Shown: piece after piece, positions 29,501-43,034 of the stretch
Position numbering within the stretch: the first letter of the stretch is position 1
How the letters are laid out: each line of letters begins with the position of its first letter
DNA from: Eledone cirrhosa
Lineage: Eukaryota
NCBI GenBank assembly: GCA_964016885.1
Contig: OZ024742.1
Coordinates: 227,168,001-227,232,000, forward strand
Reading direction: 5' to 3'
DNA: 64,000 nucleotides
Position numbers and translations under genes: made by a program
Notes under the pieces: generated by a model
The model's input: the letters and a program-made list of their open reading frames with translations, nothing else
What the model was told of the DNA's origin: nothing
The model's database searches: none

Positions 29501-32500
29501 ACCACCACCAACCCTACTACCACCACCACCACCAACCCTACTACCACCACCACCACCAACCCTACTACCACCACCACCACCACCAACCCTACTACCACCA
29601 CCACCACCACCGACCCTACTACCACCACCACCACCACCGACCCTACTACCACCACCACCACCACCAACCCTACTACCACCACCACCACCACCGACCCTAC
29701 TACCACCACCACCACCACCAACCCTACTACCACCACCACCACCACCGACCCTACTACCACCACCACCACCACCGACCCTACTACCACCACCACCACCACC
29801 AACCCTACTACCACCACCACCACCACCGACCCTACTACCACCACCACCACCAACCCTACTACCACCACCACCACCAACCCTACTACCACCACCACCACCA
29901 CCAACCCTACTACCACCACCACCACCACCGACCCTACTACCACCACCACCACCACCGACCCTACTACCACCACCACCACCACCAACCCTACTACCACCAC
30001 CACCACCACCGACCCTACTACCACCACCACCACCAACCCTACTACCACCACCACCAACCCTACTACCACCACCACCACCACCAACCCTACTACCACCACC
30101 ACCACCACCGACCCTACTACCACCACCACCACCACCAACCCTACTACCACCACCACCACCACCGACCCTACTACCACCACCACCACCACCAACCCTACTA
30201 CCACCACCACCACCAACCCTACTACCACCACCACCACCACCAACCCTACTACCACCACCACCACCACCGACCCTACTACCACCACCACCACCACCGACCC
30301 TACTACCACCACCACCACCACCACCACCAACCCTACTACCACCACCACCACCACCGACCCTACTACCACCACCACCACCAACCCTACTACCACCACCACC
30401 AACCCTACTACCACCACCACCACCACCAACCCTACTACCACCACCACCACCACCAACCCTACTACCACCACCACCACCACCGACCCTACTACCACCACCA
30501 CCACCACCGACCCTACTACCACCACCACCACCACCAACCCTACTACCACCACCACCACCACCGACCCTACTACCACCACCACCACCACCGACCCTACTAC
30601 CACCACCACCACCACCAACCCTACTACCACCACCACCACCACCGACCCTACTACCACCACCACCACCACCAACCCTACTACCACCACCACCACCACCGAC
30701 CCTACTACCACCACCACCACCACCGACCCTACTACCACCACCACCACCACCAACCCTACTACCACCACCACCACCACCGACCCTACTACCACCACCACCA
30801 CCACCGACCCTACTACCACCACCACCACCACCAACCCTACTACCACCACCACCACCAACCCTACTACCACCACCACCATTAACCCTACTACCACCACCAC
30901 CACCACCAACCCTACTACCACCACCACCACCACCGACCCTACTACCACCACCACCACCACCAACCCTACTACCACCACCACCACCGACCCTACTACCACC
31001 ACCACCACCACCAACCCTACTACCACCACCACCACCACCGACCCTACTACCACCACCACCACCACCGACCCTACTACCACCACCACCACCACCAACCCTA
31101 CTACCACCACCACCACCACCGACCCTACTACCACCACCACCACCACCGACCCTACTACCACCACCACCACCACCAACCCTACTACCACCACCACCACCAC
31201 CGACCCTACTACCACCACCACCACCACCGACCCTACTACCACCACCACCACCACCAACCCTACTACCACCACCACCACCACCGACCCTACTACCACCACC
31301 ACCACCACCGACCCTACTACCACCACCACCACCACCAACCCTACTACCACCACCACCACCAACCCTACTACCACCACCACCACTAACCCTACTACCACCA
31401 CCACCACCACCACCAACCCTACTACCACCACCACCACCACCACCCTACTACCACCACCACCACCACCAACCCTACTACCACCACCACCACCACCGACCCT
31501 ACTACCACCACCACCACCACCGACCCTACTACCACCACCACCACCACCAACCCTACTACCACCACCACCACCACCGACCCTACTACCACCACCACCACCA
31601 ACCCTACTACCACCACCACCAACCCTACTACCACCACCACCAACCCTACTACCACCACCACCACCACCAACCCTACTACCACCACCACCACCACCGACCC
31701 TACTACCACCACCACCACCACCAACCCTACTACCACCACCACCACCACCGACCCTACTACCACCACCACCACCACCAACCCTACTACCACCACCACCACC
31801 ACCAACCCTACTACCACCACCACCACCACCGACCCTACTACCACCACCACCACCACCGACCCTACTACCACCACCACCACCACCGACCCTACTACCACCA
31901 CCACCACCACCGACCCTACTACCACCACCACCACCACCACCGACCCTACTACCACCACCACCACCACCATAACCCTACTACCACCACCACCACCACCAAC
32001 CCTACTACCACCACCACCACCACCAACCCTACTACCACCACCACCACCACCGACCCTACTACCACCACCACCACCACCGACCCTACTACCACCACCACCA
32101 CCGACCCTACTACCACCACCACCAACCCTACTACCACCACCACCACTACTACCACCACCACCGACCCTACTACCACCACCACCACCACCAACCCTACTAC
32201 CACCACCACCATTAACCCTACTACTACCACCACCACCACCAACCCTACTACCACCACCACCACCACCGACCCTACTACCACCACCACCACCACCGACCCT
32301 ACTACCACCACCACCACCACCAACCCTACTACCACCACCACCACCACCAACCCTACTACCACCACCACCACCACCGACCCTACTACCACCACCACCACCA
32401 CCGACCCTACTACCACCACCACCACCACCGACCCTACTACCACCACCACCACCACCGACCCTACTACCACCACCACCACCACCATTAACCCTACTACCAC

Positions 32501-35500
32501 CACCACCACCACCAACCCTACTACCACCACCACCACCACCAACCCTACTACCACCACCACCACCACCAACCCTACTACCACCACCACCACTACTACCACC
32601 ACCACCGACCCTACTACCACCACCACCACCACCAACCCTACTACCACCACCACCACCACCAACCCTACTACCACCACCACCACCAACCCTACTACCACCA
32701 CCACCAACCCTACTACCACCACCACCACCACCAACCCTACTACCACCACCACCACCACCGACCCTACTACCACCACCACCACCACCAACCCTACTACCAC
32801 CACCACCACCACCAACCCTACTACCACCACCACCACCACCGACCCTACTACCACCACCACCACCACCGACCCTACTACCACCACCACCACCACCAACCCT
32901 ACTACCACCACCACCACTACTACCACCACCACCGACCCTACTACCACCACCACCACCACCAACCCTACTACCACCACCACCATTAACCCTACTACCACCA
33001 CCACCACCACCAACCCTACTACCACCACCACCACCACCGACCCTACTACCACCACCACCACCACCGACCCTACTACCACCACCACCACCACCAACCCTAC
33101 TACCACCACCACCATCACCAACCCTACTACCACCACCACCACCACCAACCCTACTACCACCACCACCATCACCAACCCTACTACCACCACCACCACCACC
33201 AACCCTACTACCACCACCATTAACCCTACTACCACCACCACCACCACCAACCCTACTACCACCACCACCACCACCAACCCTACTACCACCACCACCACCA
33301 CCAACCCTACTACCACCACCACCACCACCAACCCTACTACCACCACCACCACCACCAACCCTACTACCACCACCACCATCACCAACCCTACTACCACCAC
33401 CACCACCAACCCTACTACCACCACCATTAACCCTACTACCACCACCACCACCACCGACCCTACTACCACCACCACCACCAACCCTACTACCACCACCATT
33501 AACCCTACTACCACCACCACCACCACCAACCCTACTACCACCACCACCACCACCAACCCTACTACCACCACCACCACCACCAACCCTACTACCACCACCA
33601 CCACCAACCCTACTACCACCACCATTAACCCTACTACCACCACCACCACCACCAACCCTACTACCACCACCACCACCACCGACCCTACTACCACCACCAC
33701 CACCACCAACCCTACTACCACCACCACCACCACCAACCCTACTACCACCACCACCACCACCAACCCTACTACCACCACCACCACCACCGACCCTACTACC
33801 ACCACCACCACCACCACCGACCCTACTACCACCACCACCACCACCAACCCTACTACCACCACCACCACTACTACCACCACCACCGACCCTACTACCACCA
33901 CCACCACCACCAACCCTACTACCACCACCACCACCACCAACCCTACTACCACCACCACCACTGACCCTACTACCACCACCACCACCACCAACCCTACTAC
34001 CACCAGCACCACCAACCCTACTACCACCACCACCGACCCTACTACCACCACCACCACCACCGACCCTACTACCACCACCACCACCAACCCTACTACCACC
34101 ACCACCCCCAACCCTACTACCACCACCACCACCGACCCTACTACCACCACCACCACCAACCCCACTACCACCACCACCCCCAACCCTACTACCACCACCA
34201 CCCCCAACCCTACTACCACCACCACCACCAACCCTACTACCACCACCACCCCCAACCCTACTACCACCACCACCACCGACCCTACTACCACCACCACCAC
34301 CAACCCCACTACCACCACCACCCCCAACCCTACTACCACCACCACCACCAACCCTACTACCACCACCACCCCCAACCCTACTACCACCACCACCACCAAC
34401 CCTACTACCACCACCACCACCAACCCTACTACCACCACCACCACCAACCCTACTACTACCACCACCACCACCGACCCTACTACCACCACCACCACCAACC
34501 CTACTACCACCACCACCATTAACCCTACTACCACCACCACCACCACCAACCCTACTACCACCACCACCATTAACCCTACTACCACCACCACCACCACCAA
34601 CCCTACTACCACCACCACCACCAACCCTACTACTACCACCACCACCACCAACCCTACTACCACCACCACCACCACCAACCCTACTACCACCACCACCACC
34701 AACCCTACTACCACCACCACCCCCAACCCTACTACCACCACCACCACCGACCCTACTACCACCACCACCACCACCACCAACCCTACTACCACCACCACCA
34801 CCACCGACCCTACTACCACCACCACCATTAACCCTACTACCACCACCACCACCACCAACCCTACTACCACCACCACCATTAACCCTACTACCACCACCAC
34901 CACCACCAACCCTACTACTACCACCACCACCACCGACCCTACTACCACCACCACCACCAACCCTACTACCACCACCACCACCACCGACCCTACTACCACC
35001 ACCACCATTAACCCTACTACCACCACCACCACCACCAACCCTACTACCACCACCACCACCAACCCTACTACCACCACCACCCCCAACCCTACTACCACCA
35101 CCACCACCGACCCTACTACCACCACCACCACCACCACCAACCCTACTACTACCACCACCACCACCGACCCTACTACCACCACCACCACCAACCCTACTAC
35201 CACCACCACCATTAACCCTACTACCACCACCACCACCACCAACCCTACTACCACCACCACCACCAACCCTACTACTACCACCACCACCACCGACCCTACT
35301 ACCACCACCACCACCAACCCTACTACCACCACCACCACCACCAACCCTACTACCACCACCACCACCAACCCTACTACCACCACCACCACCACCAACCCTA
35401 CTACCACCACCACCACCAACCCTACTACCACCACCACCATTAACCCTACTACCACCACCACCACCACCAACCCTACTACCACCACCACCACCAACCCTAC

Positions 35501-35830
35501 TACCACCACCACCATTAACCCTACTACCACCACCACCACCACCAACCCTACTACCACCACCACCACCAACCCTACTACCACCACCACCACCACCAACCCT
35601 ACTACCACCACCACCACCAACCCTACTACCACCACCACCACCACCGACCCTACTACCACCACCACCACCAACCCTACTACCACCACCACCATTAACCCTA
35701 CTACCACCACCACCACCAACCCTACTACCACCACCACCACCCCCAACCCTACTACCACCACCACCACCCCCAACCCTACTACCACCACCACCACCACCAA
35801 CCCTACTACCACCACCACCACCACTACTGT
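20523..35830. repeat. ~15.3-kb C-rich minisatellite, unit AACCCTA-CTA-(CCA)n-CC (mostly 21/24/27 bp)
   Basis: Direct reading. Begins as (CTA)n and has sub-domains of variant units (CCCCAAC, TACAAC, CCGAC, ATTAAC). Confidence 0.98.
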
Positions 35831-35924
35831 TATTATTACTTTGATACATGTTCTGCATATATATGAAATTTTTAATTATTAGAATTAGGTGAGTAAATAC
35901 TACACTTCTAGCCTCATAATATGA

Positions 35925-36800
35925 ATGGTTTCTACTGTTAACACAAGGTCAACAATTACCCCAGTGCATTACTGGTACTTTATTTTATTGACCCTGTAAG
36001 GATGAAAGGCAAAGTTAATCTCAGTGGGATTTGAACTCAGAATGTAAAGGGTCATAACTCTATGCTACAAAGCATGGTGTCTGACACTCTACTGATACTG
36101 TCAATCCACCGCCTCATAATAATAATGGTTTCTGATTTAGGCACAAGGCCAACAACTTTGGGGGAGGGGAAAGTTCATTAAATTGACTGATACTTTATTT
36201 TATTGACCCCCATAGGGGGTAAAGATAAAGCTAACTTCGGTGGGATTTGAACTCAGAATGTAAAGGACCATAACTCTATGCTGCAAAGCATGTTGTCTGA
36301 CATTCTACCAACACTGCCAATCCATAATAATTGCTTCAACTTTAGGCACAAGGCCAGCAATTTGAAGTGAAAGAGCAAAACACCATTAATGGTGTTTTAT
36401 TTTAATGACCTTGTAAGGATGAAAGAAAAATCTAATGTGGCAGGATTGGAATTCAGAATGCCATAAAGCATATTGTCCGACAATCTACCAATACTACCAA
36501 TCCACTGCTCTAATGTAGCTTGATAAGGATTTCTGATTTAGGCACAAGGCCAACAATTTGGGGGAGGGGAAAGTCGATTAAATTGACCCCAGTGCATTAC
36601 TGGTACTTTATTTTATTGACCTCGGATGGAGGAGAAGCAACGTTGATCCTGGTGGCATTTGAACTCAAAATATAGAAAGTCATAACTAAATACAGCAAAG
36701 CATTTTGTCTGATGCTCCACTGATACTGCCCTGCCAACTTACCACCTTTGTGTAGCCTAATAATGGCTTCTGATTTAGGCACAAGGTCAACAATTTTGGA
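35925..36800 (-). mobile_element. Head-to-tail cluster of 4 (plus partial) Nin-like tRNA SINEs
   Basis: Recurring ggcacaaggcca...tttattttattgacc...atttgaactcagaat...gccaatcca units about 200 bp apart. Confidence 0.8.
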
Positions 36801-39064
36801 GTATGAGAAAGCTGATTAAATCAGACTTAAATAAGAGTGAGTGTGCGAATGTGTGTGTTTGAAAGATGTGGAGAGGAAGAGGGAACGCTGTATTGGGAGA
36901 TCCCCTGGGTGGTGGTTTTTGATGTTGGATTTTGTATGTGTTGTTTTTCTTGTTGATGTTGCTGCTGCTGGTCTTGTTGTTGCATCAGCTACAGCAGTAG
37001 TTGCTGTTGTTGTAGTCAGGGCGTTAGAAACTTGTGTTCCTGCTATCGTGGTTGCTGTTGCTAATGTTGCTAGAGTTGTTGCACATTATTGTTGTTATTG
37101 TTGGTGTTGGCGCTAATAATGATCTCTTCCCCCTTATTTTTTTATTTTGGGCAGCGGGCTCTTGAGTAATTTTTGGCTCCACAGATGTGCCATTTAGGCT
37201 TTCTTCCTTTCATCCAACTTATAAATCCACCCTGTTTTGTGGATTGATAAGGTATGGGATTTTTTTTCTATGCTTTCTTGCTTCACCTGAAGCTGGATCT
37301 CTAGGCTGATCCCAGACCAGTCTTGCACTTACTTCTCACATCTAGCAGTGTGTCAGCCTCCTCAAGGACAAGATATCCAATAGCTGCCCAAACCCAGTGG
37401 GACACCTGATGTCCTCAGCTTGACTATCTTCCTTAAGGTACGTGAGGAAGAGGACAAACTCCTTGCTGTAACGGGGGACTGTAGAATAATGGCTCGTGAA
37501 GTCCTCACTTTTGAAGAGGATCTCTTCACTAACAAACTGCCTTCTTTATGCTACATGGTCCACATCTGACCATATTTCTATCAGAGCCGTCTCTATCTGG
37601 GCATTTCATACTGTTTCCATGTGTTGGCTCCGCATTGACAGTGTTTTTTTTTTGTTTTTTTTTCAGTTTTTGCCATTAACTCAAGTGGCACCATTATGGC
37701 AGCCTTTCTACTTTCTATACAGTAGTATTGTTGTTGTTGATGTAATAACAGAAATAATGATGGGGGAGGGGGGGGGGCATGATAACAGTGATGTTGATGG
37801 TGCTAACAGTGGTAATGATGGCAAGGATGATGATGATAGTGGCAGTAATGATGGGGGTGATGTTGATGGAGATAATGATAATGAAGCTTTTTTTTTATCC
37901 TCTGAATGTTTCAAATATTGCTGAGAGAAAGCAGTTGGGGTGGGAGGGAAAGGAAGAAGAATAAATAACCAACATTTGGCAATCCTCCATCCATATTTTA
38001 CTTCATACGAACATTCCTACCACCCACATTTTACTCCCCCCTACCAACAAGCTGTCATTCTTGTTTCTGCATGAAAGAGTTTAAATCATGATAATAATGT
38101 ATGAAGGATGTGAAATATTTCCTCATTCTTAAACTTAGCTGTTAGTTTCCATTCATAAATTTCTTTCTATGAAACATCTCTCTTGATGTAGTATTTGCAG
38201 TTCATATTTATTGTTCACAAGTTTGAAAGACATTCAGCTAACTTAAAACCCTTTCTTTAACTTTTAGCACGCTCTGGGCACCTTATGTCACCAATAGAGC
38301 AATCTCCCCTTAATACATAATGTATTGTCAAGGGAAGCAATTCATAAAAATTTCTAGCATGCTAAAGGTTAAAATATCTCTAATGAAAGAAACTGCCTAT
38401 GGTTTACAATTAATTTTGGAAATATTAAAGAATATAGAGGGATTGAGTAATATATGTAACTTTCTTATTAAACTGGTGTTTGGAAAGCTTCTTACATAAA
38501 ATTATTGCAGAAAATCTTAGCTTATAAATATAAACACTATAAAATAAACAGCTCTGTATTGTAGAACCAAAGGTAGTTTCAAGTAGTTTTGGTATCAAAT
38601 GGTTAATATGGTAAATTTTTATCAAGATATATTTATTCAGGTATATTCTTTTACTGGTTTCAGTCATTAGTTGCAGCCATGGTGGGGATTTAGTCAATCA
38701 TATCAATACAAGTATATTTTAAAAAAATCAAATCTAGTACTTAATTTATTGATCTTTTTTTACTAAACCACTAACTTAGGGGACATAAACAAGCAGTAAA
38801 TGTAGACACACACACGCACATATATATAGCAAGAAGAGTACAAAACCAAGAAAAGTGAAAAACAAGCACCAAGGACAAGGAATGAAACAGTACAGACATT
38901 GGTCTTCCTTGTCAGCTTCCCCTGAATGGATCATTGCAATTTCAATATGAAGGGCAGTGTTAGTTATAATAAAAATAACTATTGGGAAAGATGACACTAC
39001 AACACATTATGACGCCATAAATGAAATTACAGCAAAGTCTTACAACTAGGCTAAACAACACAGT

Positions 39065-39722
39065 GACATCATCCATTTTACATCTATTTTTCCATGCTTG
39101 CATGGGTTTTCAACGCATCATCTTGCTATTCACTGTGTTCCTTTGTCATCTCCTCTGTGAGTCTCAGTAATTTGAGATCATCTCTCACCACCTCTGCCCA
39201 GGTTTTTCTTGGTCTACCTCTCCTGTGGCTTCCCTCCACTAGGATTTCCTACCACTTCATCATCCATGTGCATCACATGTTCGTACCTATGCAATCTTCT
39301 CTCTTGCACACTACTTCAATTCCTCTTAAACCCAATTTATCCCTTGCTTAATCCAAGCTCTGCCTTTCTCTCAAATTTACATTGCACATCCTTTCTCTCC
39401 AGTCTATACGTCCTCTGCAGCCATAGCCCATGTTTCATTACCATGCAGCATCGCATTTCATACACAAGCATCACACTGTCGTTCATTTGAACATAGAGAG
39501 AAACCTTTTGTTCTCAACAGTGGGGGTACTGATCCTTCCTGTGATTGGAGAAAGTTTATATCACTAATGCTCTTCTTCCCCTTGATTACCCCTGTTTATC
39601 TTTATATACAAAGTCTTCCCTGCCTGTTAGTCTACTTATTATACCATTACATCTCTTGTGTACCCTAGATTTACATTGTGTACATCTTATAGAGTTTATG
39701 CCTACTCCTTTTCTACATATTG
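39065..39722 (-). mobile_element. Degenerate RTE LINE 3' portion
   Basis: Minus-strand ICRKGVGINSIRCTQCKSRVHKRCNGI; catcatc tail remnant at left end. Confidence 0.8.
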
Positions 39723-40268
39723 ACGTGCTCTGGAAAAACAAAAACAACAGGATCTTTTTGACCGTTAGTTTGTTAAGAATGTCGTGAAACTGCCTCTCAT
39801 AACTTGGGTTTTTTTTCACTTAAAAGTCTATATCTGTGTGAATTTTGTTATTTTTCATGCTTACATATCTTTGTTTTTGTCTTCTTTAATCTTCAACTAT
39901 ATATACATATATGTGTGTGCAATACAACCTATATTTGTATTGTAATGAGCTTCTTTAAGGTCTTTTACAAAAAATTACAACTAAACTGATGCATATATAC
40001 ATACATATCAATTCAAAGCAAATTGCATGTACCTCTGTACATATAGTGATATATTACTATAATCTACAGTTTTGTGGGGAGTTACCCCCCTTCATTCTTT
40101 AGTTGAACTCTTCACAAACTAAAGTAATGGTTTTTCTTTAAATTTGTCTTTGCGTCTGACAAGATAGTGATGGCCATAATTAGAAGCTGAAACCTAAGGT
40201 TGTGCATACATATTAAGTATATGAAATGTAATATAAACTATGTGTGTATGTGTGTGTATGTATGTATG

Positions 40269-40299
<31 letters not shown>

Positions 40300-40300
40300 A

Positions 40301-40342
<42 letters not shown>

Positions 40343-40644
40343 TATATGTATATATATATATATATATGAAATATTTGTGACCCCGACGGCTGAGCTCTGT
40401 CCATTTCAACGGCTAGATCCGAACTGATATATATATATATATATATAGTGAAAAATGGAACGGGAACAAAACAGAGAGGCAGTACGAACAAAGGTTTATT
40501 AGTTTCACGCTCTTGAGAGTGGGGGGGGGGGTAAAAACAGACATAGAATGTTGATGATATACCAATTACTTTGTGGAAGGATTGTTTTAGCCATTCAAAA
40601 ACTGAAAACACTATATTAATATTGACACTATATTCTTGTTACAG

Positions 40645-40747
40645 GAGATGTCCTTGGTCTTCTACTAGAGGTTGACAAACAACAATTAGTGTTTCTATTA
40701 AATGGTAACAGCCTTCCTCCTAATAAGGAACTCTTTACTCATGCTAA
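40645..40747 (+). CDS. RSPRY1: RSPRY1 coding exon (SPRY domain), first exon visible in window
   Basis: Flanked by ttgttacag| and |gtaagt. 103 nt translating (G)DVLGLLLEVDKQQLVFLLNGNSLPPNKELFTHA(K), matching the recalled vertebrate RSPRY1 segment [31 protein letters not shown]. Phase joins the next exon in frame. Confidence 0.9.
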
Positions 40748-41693
40748 GTAAGTATTGCACTATAAAATATGTTATTGTTTTGTTTGTTTGGTTTTTTGTT
40801 GCTATATTTCATATTAACTCTAAATACTGTATATACTTGAATATATTACTTTATGTCTGAAAAACAAAGCAAAACTCCAAAACCCCTTATATAAGCTGAG
40901 GCAGATAATCAACACATTTTGTTTAGATGGTGTGCTTTTGAAATTCTTATAAGTGGAGAATATATTTATAAAGTTTTAATATTTTGATATTTAAAATGCT
41001 TTAAATGTCATTTAAATGTATAGTTTTTATTTCACAGCTCCATTACATTAATGAGTTTTTACCAATTTCTGACTGTTTTGAAGGCCATATTCATTCAAGA
41101 CGTATCAAAAACAATAGGAAATACAAATTTCCCATCGAAAGTGAAAGAGGTGTAATATTCACCTCCAATGCAAAAATATTTTAGCACCTCATTTACATAG
41201 AATTTTCAAGTTAGTGAAAATCAGCAAAATATTGACTTCAAATAGAAGTCGTCACCCCCCCCCCCCCCCCCCCCACCCACCCACACACACACACACATTC
41301 CATTTTACCAACAATGTTTTTGTTTTTTTTTGTCACATATTTCTTGGGTTATATATGAGTATATACAGTAAGTACGCTATAAAATGACATTTATTGCAAT
41401 GTTAAATCATCATTATCATCATCATCATCGTTTAACGTCCATCTTCCACGCTTGCATGGGTTTGGACGGTGCATGGGTTTGGACATTAACACTAAATATG
41501 AAATGTACTACAAAATATGTTATTTGTTATGTTATATATCAACTTTAAGTAAGAATTGCAAAATATATACTGTTTTTTATTGTTGATCTTGTACTATATA
41601 TATGTATGTAAAAGGTAAACAGAAATAACAACACAATTGGTACAGTATATGGAAGGAATATATTAGTTAACACTTGAAATAGCAGGAAGAGGG

Positions 41694-41729
41694 TCTTAAC
41701 GTTTCGGACGCTAGTCCTTCATCAGAAGA
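41694..41729 (-). ncRNA. Minimal type I hammerhead ribozyme motif (Penelope-type)
   Basis: Reverse complement: tctt CTGATGA a GGAC tagc GTCC GAAA cg TT aaga. Core intact, stem II 4 bp, stem I tctt/aaga, palindromic AACGTT stem III, GUU triplet. Confidence 0.7.
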
Positions 41730-43034
41730 AAGAATGAGAAATAAGATAAATTCAAGGGATGGGCGGTTTGGAATTGGAAAAAGTGTCTTTAGTTAAAAAT
41801 AACAGATCCATTCATGTTGACATCTCTTGGAAAACTGTTGATGCTGGCATTTTGTGTATGATTTATTTTTTTAGAAAAGTGGATGATGGAGAGTGTCTAC
41901 CTGAAATGAAAAAAAAAACGTTTTGTAAAAAGAGCTATACTTGTACACGCGTATGCATGTGTGTGTGTGTTATTATATGTCCATACGAAGCTAAGAAGAA
42001 ATGTGTGTGCATATGTAAGTAAAAGAGTGTGTGTGTGCTTGTAAGTATGAAGCTATGAGCAAAAGTATGTATAAGGGTGTGTATGTGTGTATACAGAGCT
42101 GTGAAGGGATATAAGTAGGATAGCCCATCGTTGCCAGGCAATTTTCACCATAAAATGCCTTTCTTCCAATTTTTTTTTTATTCCATGTCTCCCTCATCTT
42201 CTATTACTTACTGTGACACAGATTTCACCAAAATTGACTTTATTTTGTTTATCTGATGGTTTGGGTAAGAAGAAAATGGGAAATAAAGCTCATTAAGAAA
42301 TGCAACAAATAGTAAAGTAAAGCTGATTTATTAGGAGTGCACATATCCAGATTTATATTAGAAAGAAATTCTTTTCTTTCTTCTTTCTTCAGTAAAATCT
42401 TCTTTGTTGGATATGCCTCTTGATCAGAATGGATTTCTGCATTATTTGGGGCAATATATCACTTCTCGACAAACAATTTTTTTTGTTTTTCCATTTGGTG
42501 CATAGATGTAAAGATTTTTCTTACTTCCAACTCTTCCAATTCATTTTTGCCAGTAACGTGAAATAAAGTTTCTTGCTCAAGGACACAACTCACTGCCAGC
42601 AATTGAACTCACAACCTTATGATCGTGAGCCGAATATCCTAACCACTAAGACACACTCTGACGAAAAGTCATATTCACATACAAAATAGAAAGATGGACA
42701 GAAGAAAAGAGCATTTTGATGGATGATGAAAAAAAATATTCACTAATCTGATTGGCTATGTGTCTGTCACCTTTCATTCCTCACATTAATGGATATTTTT
42801 GTTGATAGAAATAATTATGACTTCTAAAGACATTCAATTTTGGAGATCTTGAAGTTGAGTTATTTCTCTTAGAAAATTATATTTTTTTTAATTTCTAATA
42901 ACCAAAAATATTCTTCTTGATCGAAAATCAAGCCCGTTTTTGTATCAGATGAACTGATTCTGAGCCTTTTAGATGCATACATACATAGACATATACACTT
43001 TCAAATATATATAGTATTCATACATGTATGCCAA

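Noticed and set aside
20523-35830. True telomere or interstitial (TTAGGG)n tract
   Set aside because: No tandem TTAGGG hexamers; only one heptamer per unit.
20843-35858. Poly-Val / Gly-rich ORFs up to 1478 aa and mucin-like Thr/Pro frames
   Set aside because: Triplet-phased repeat lacking stops; frames shift freely; no splice or start context seen.
37150-37630. Complex-looking segment with a minus-strand donor-like gtaagt
   Set aside because: No recognisable protein or sustained open frame; likely decayed repeat.
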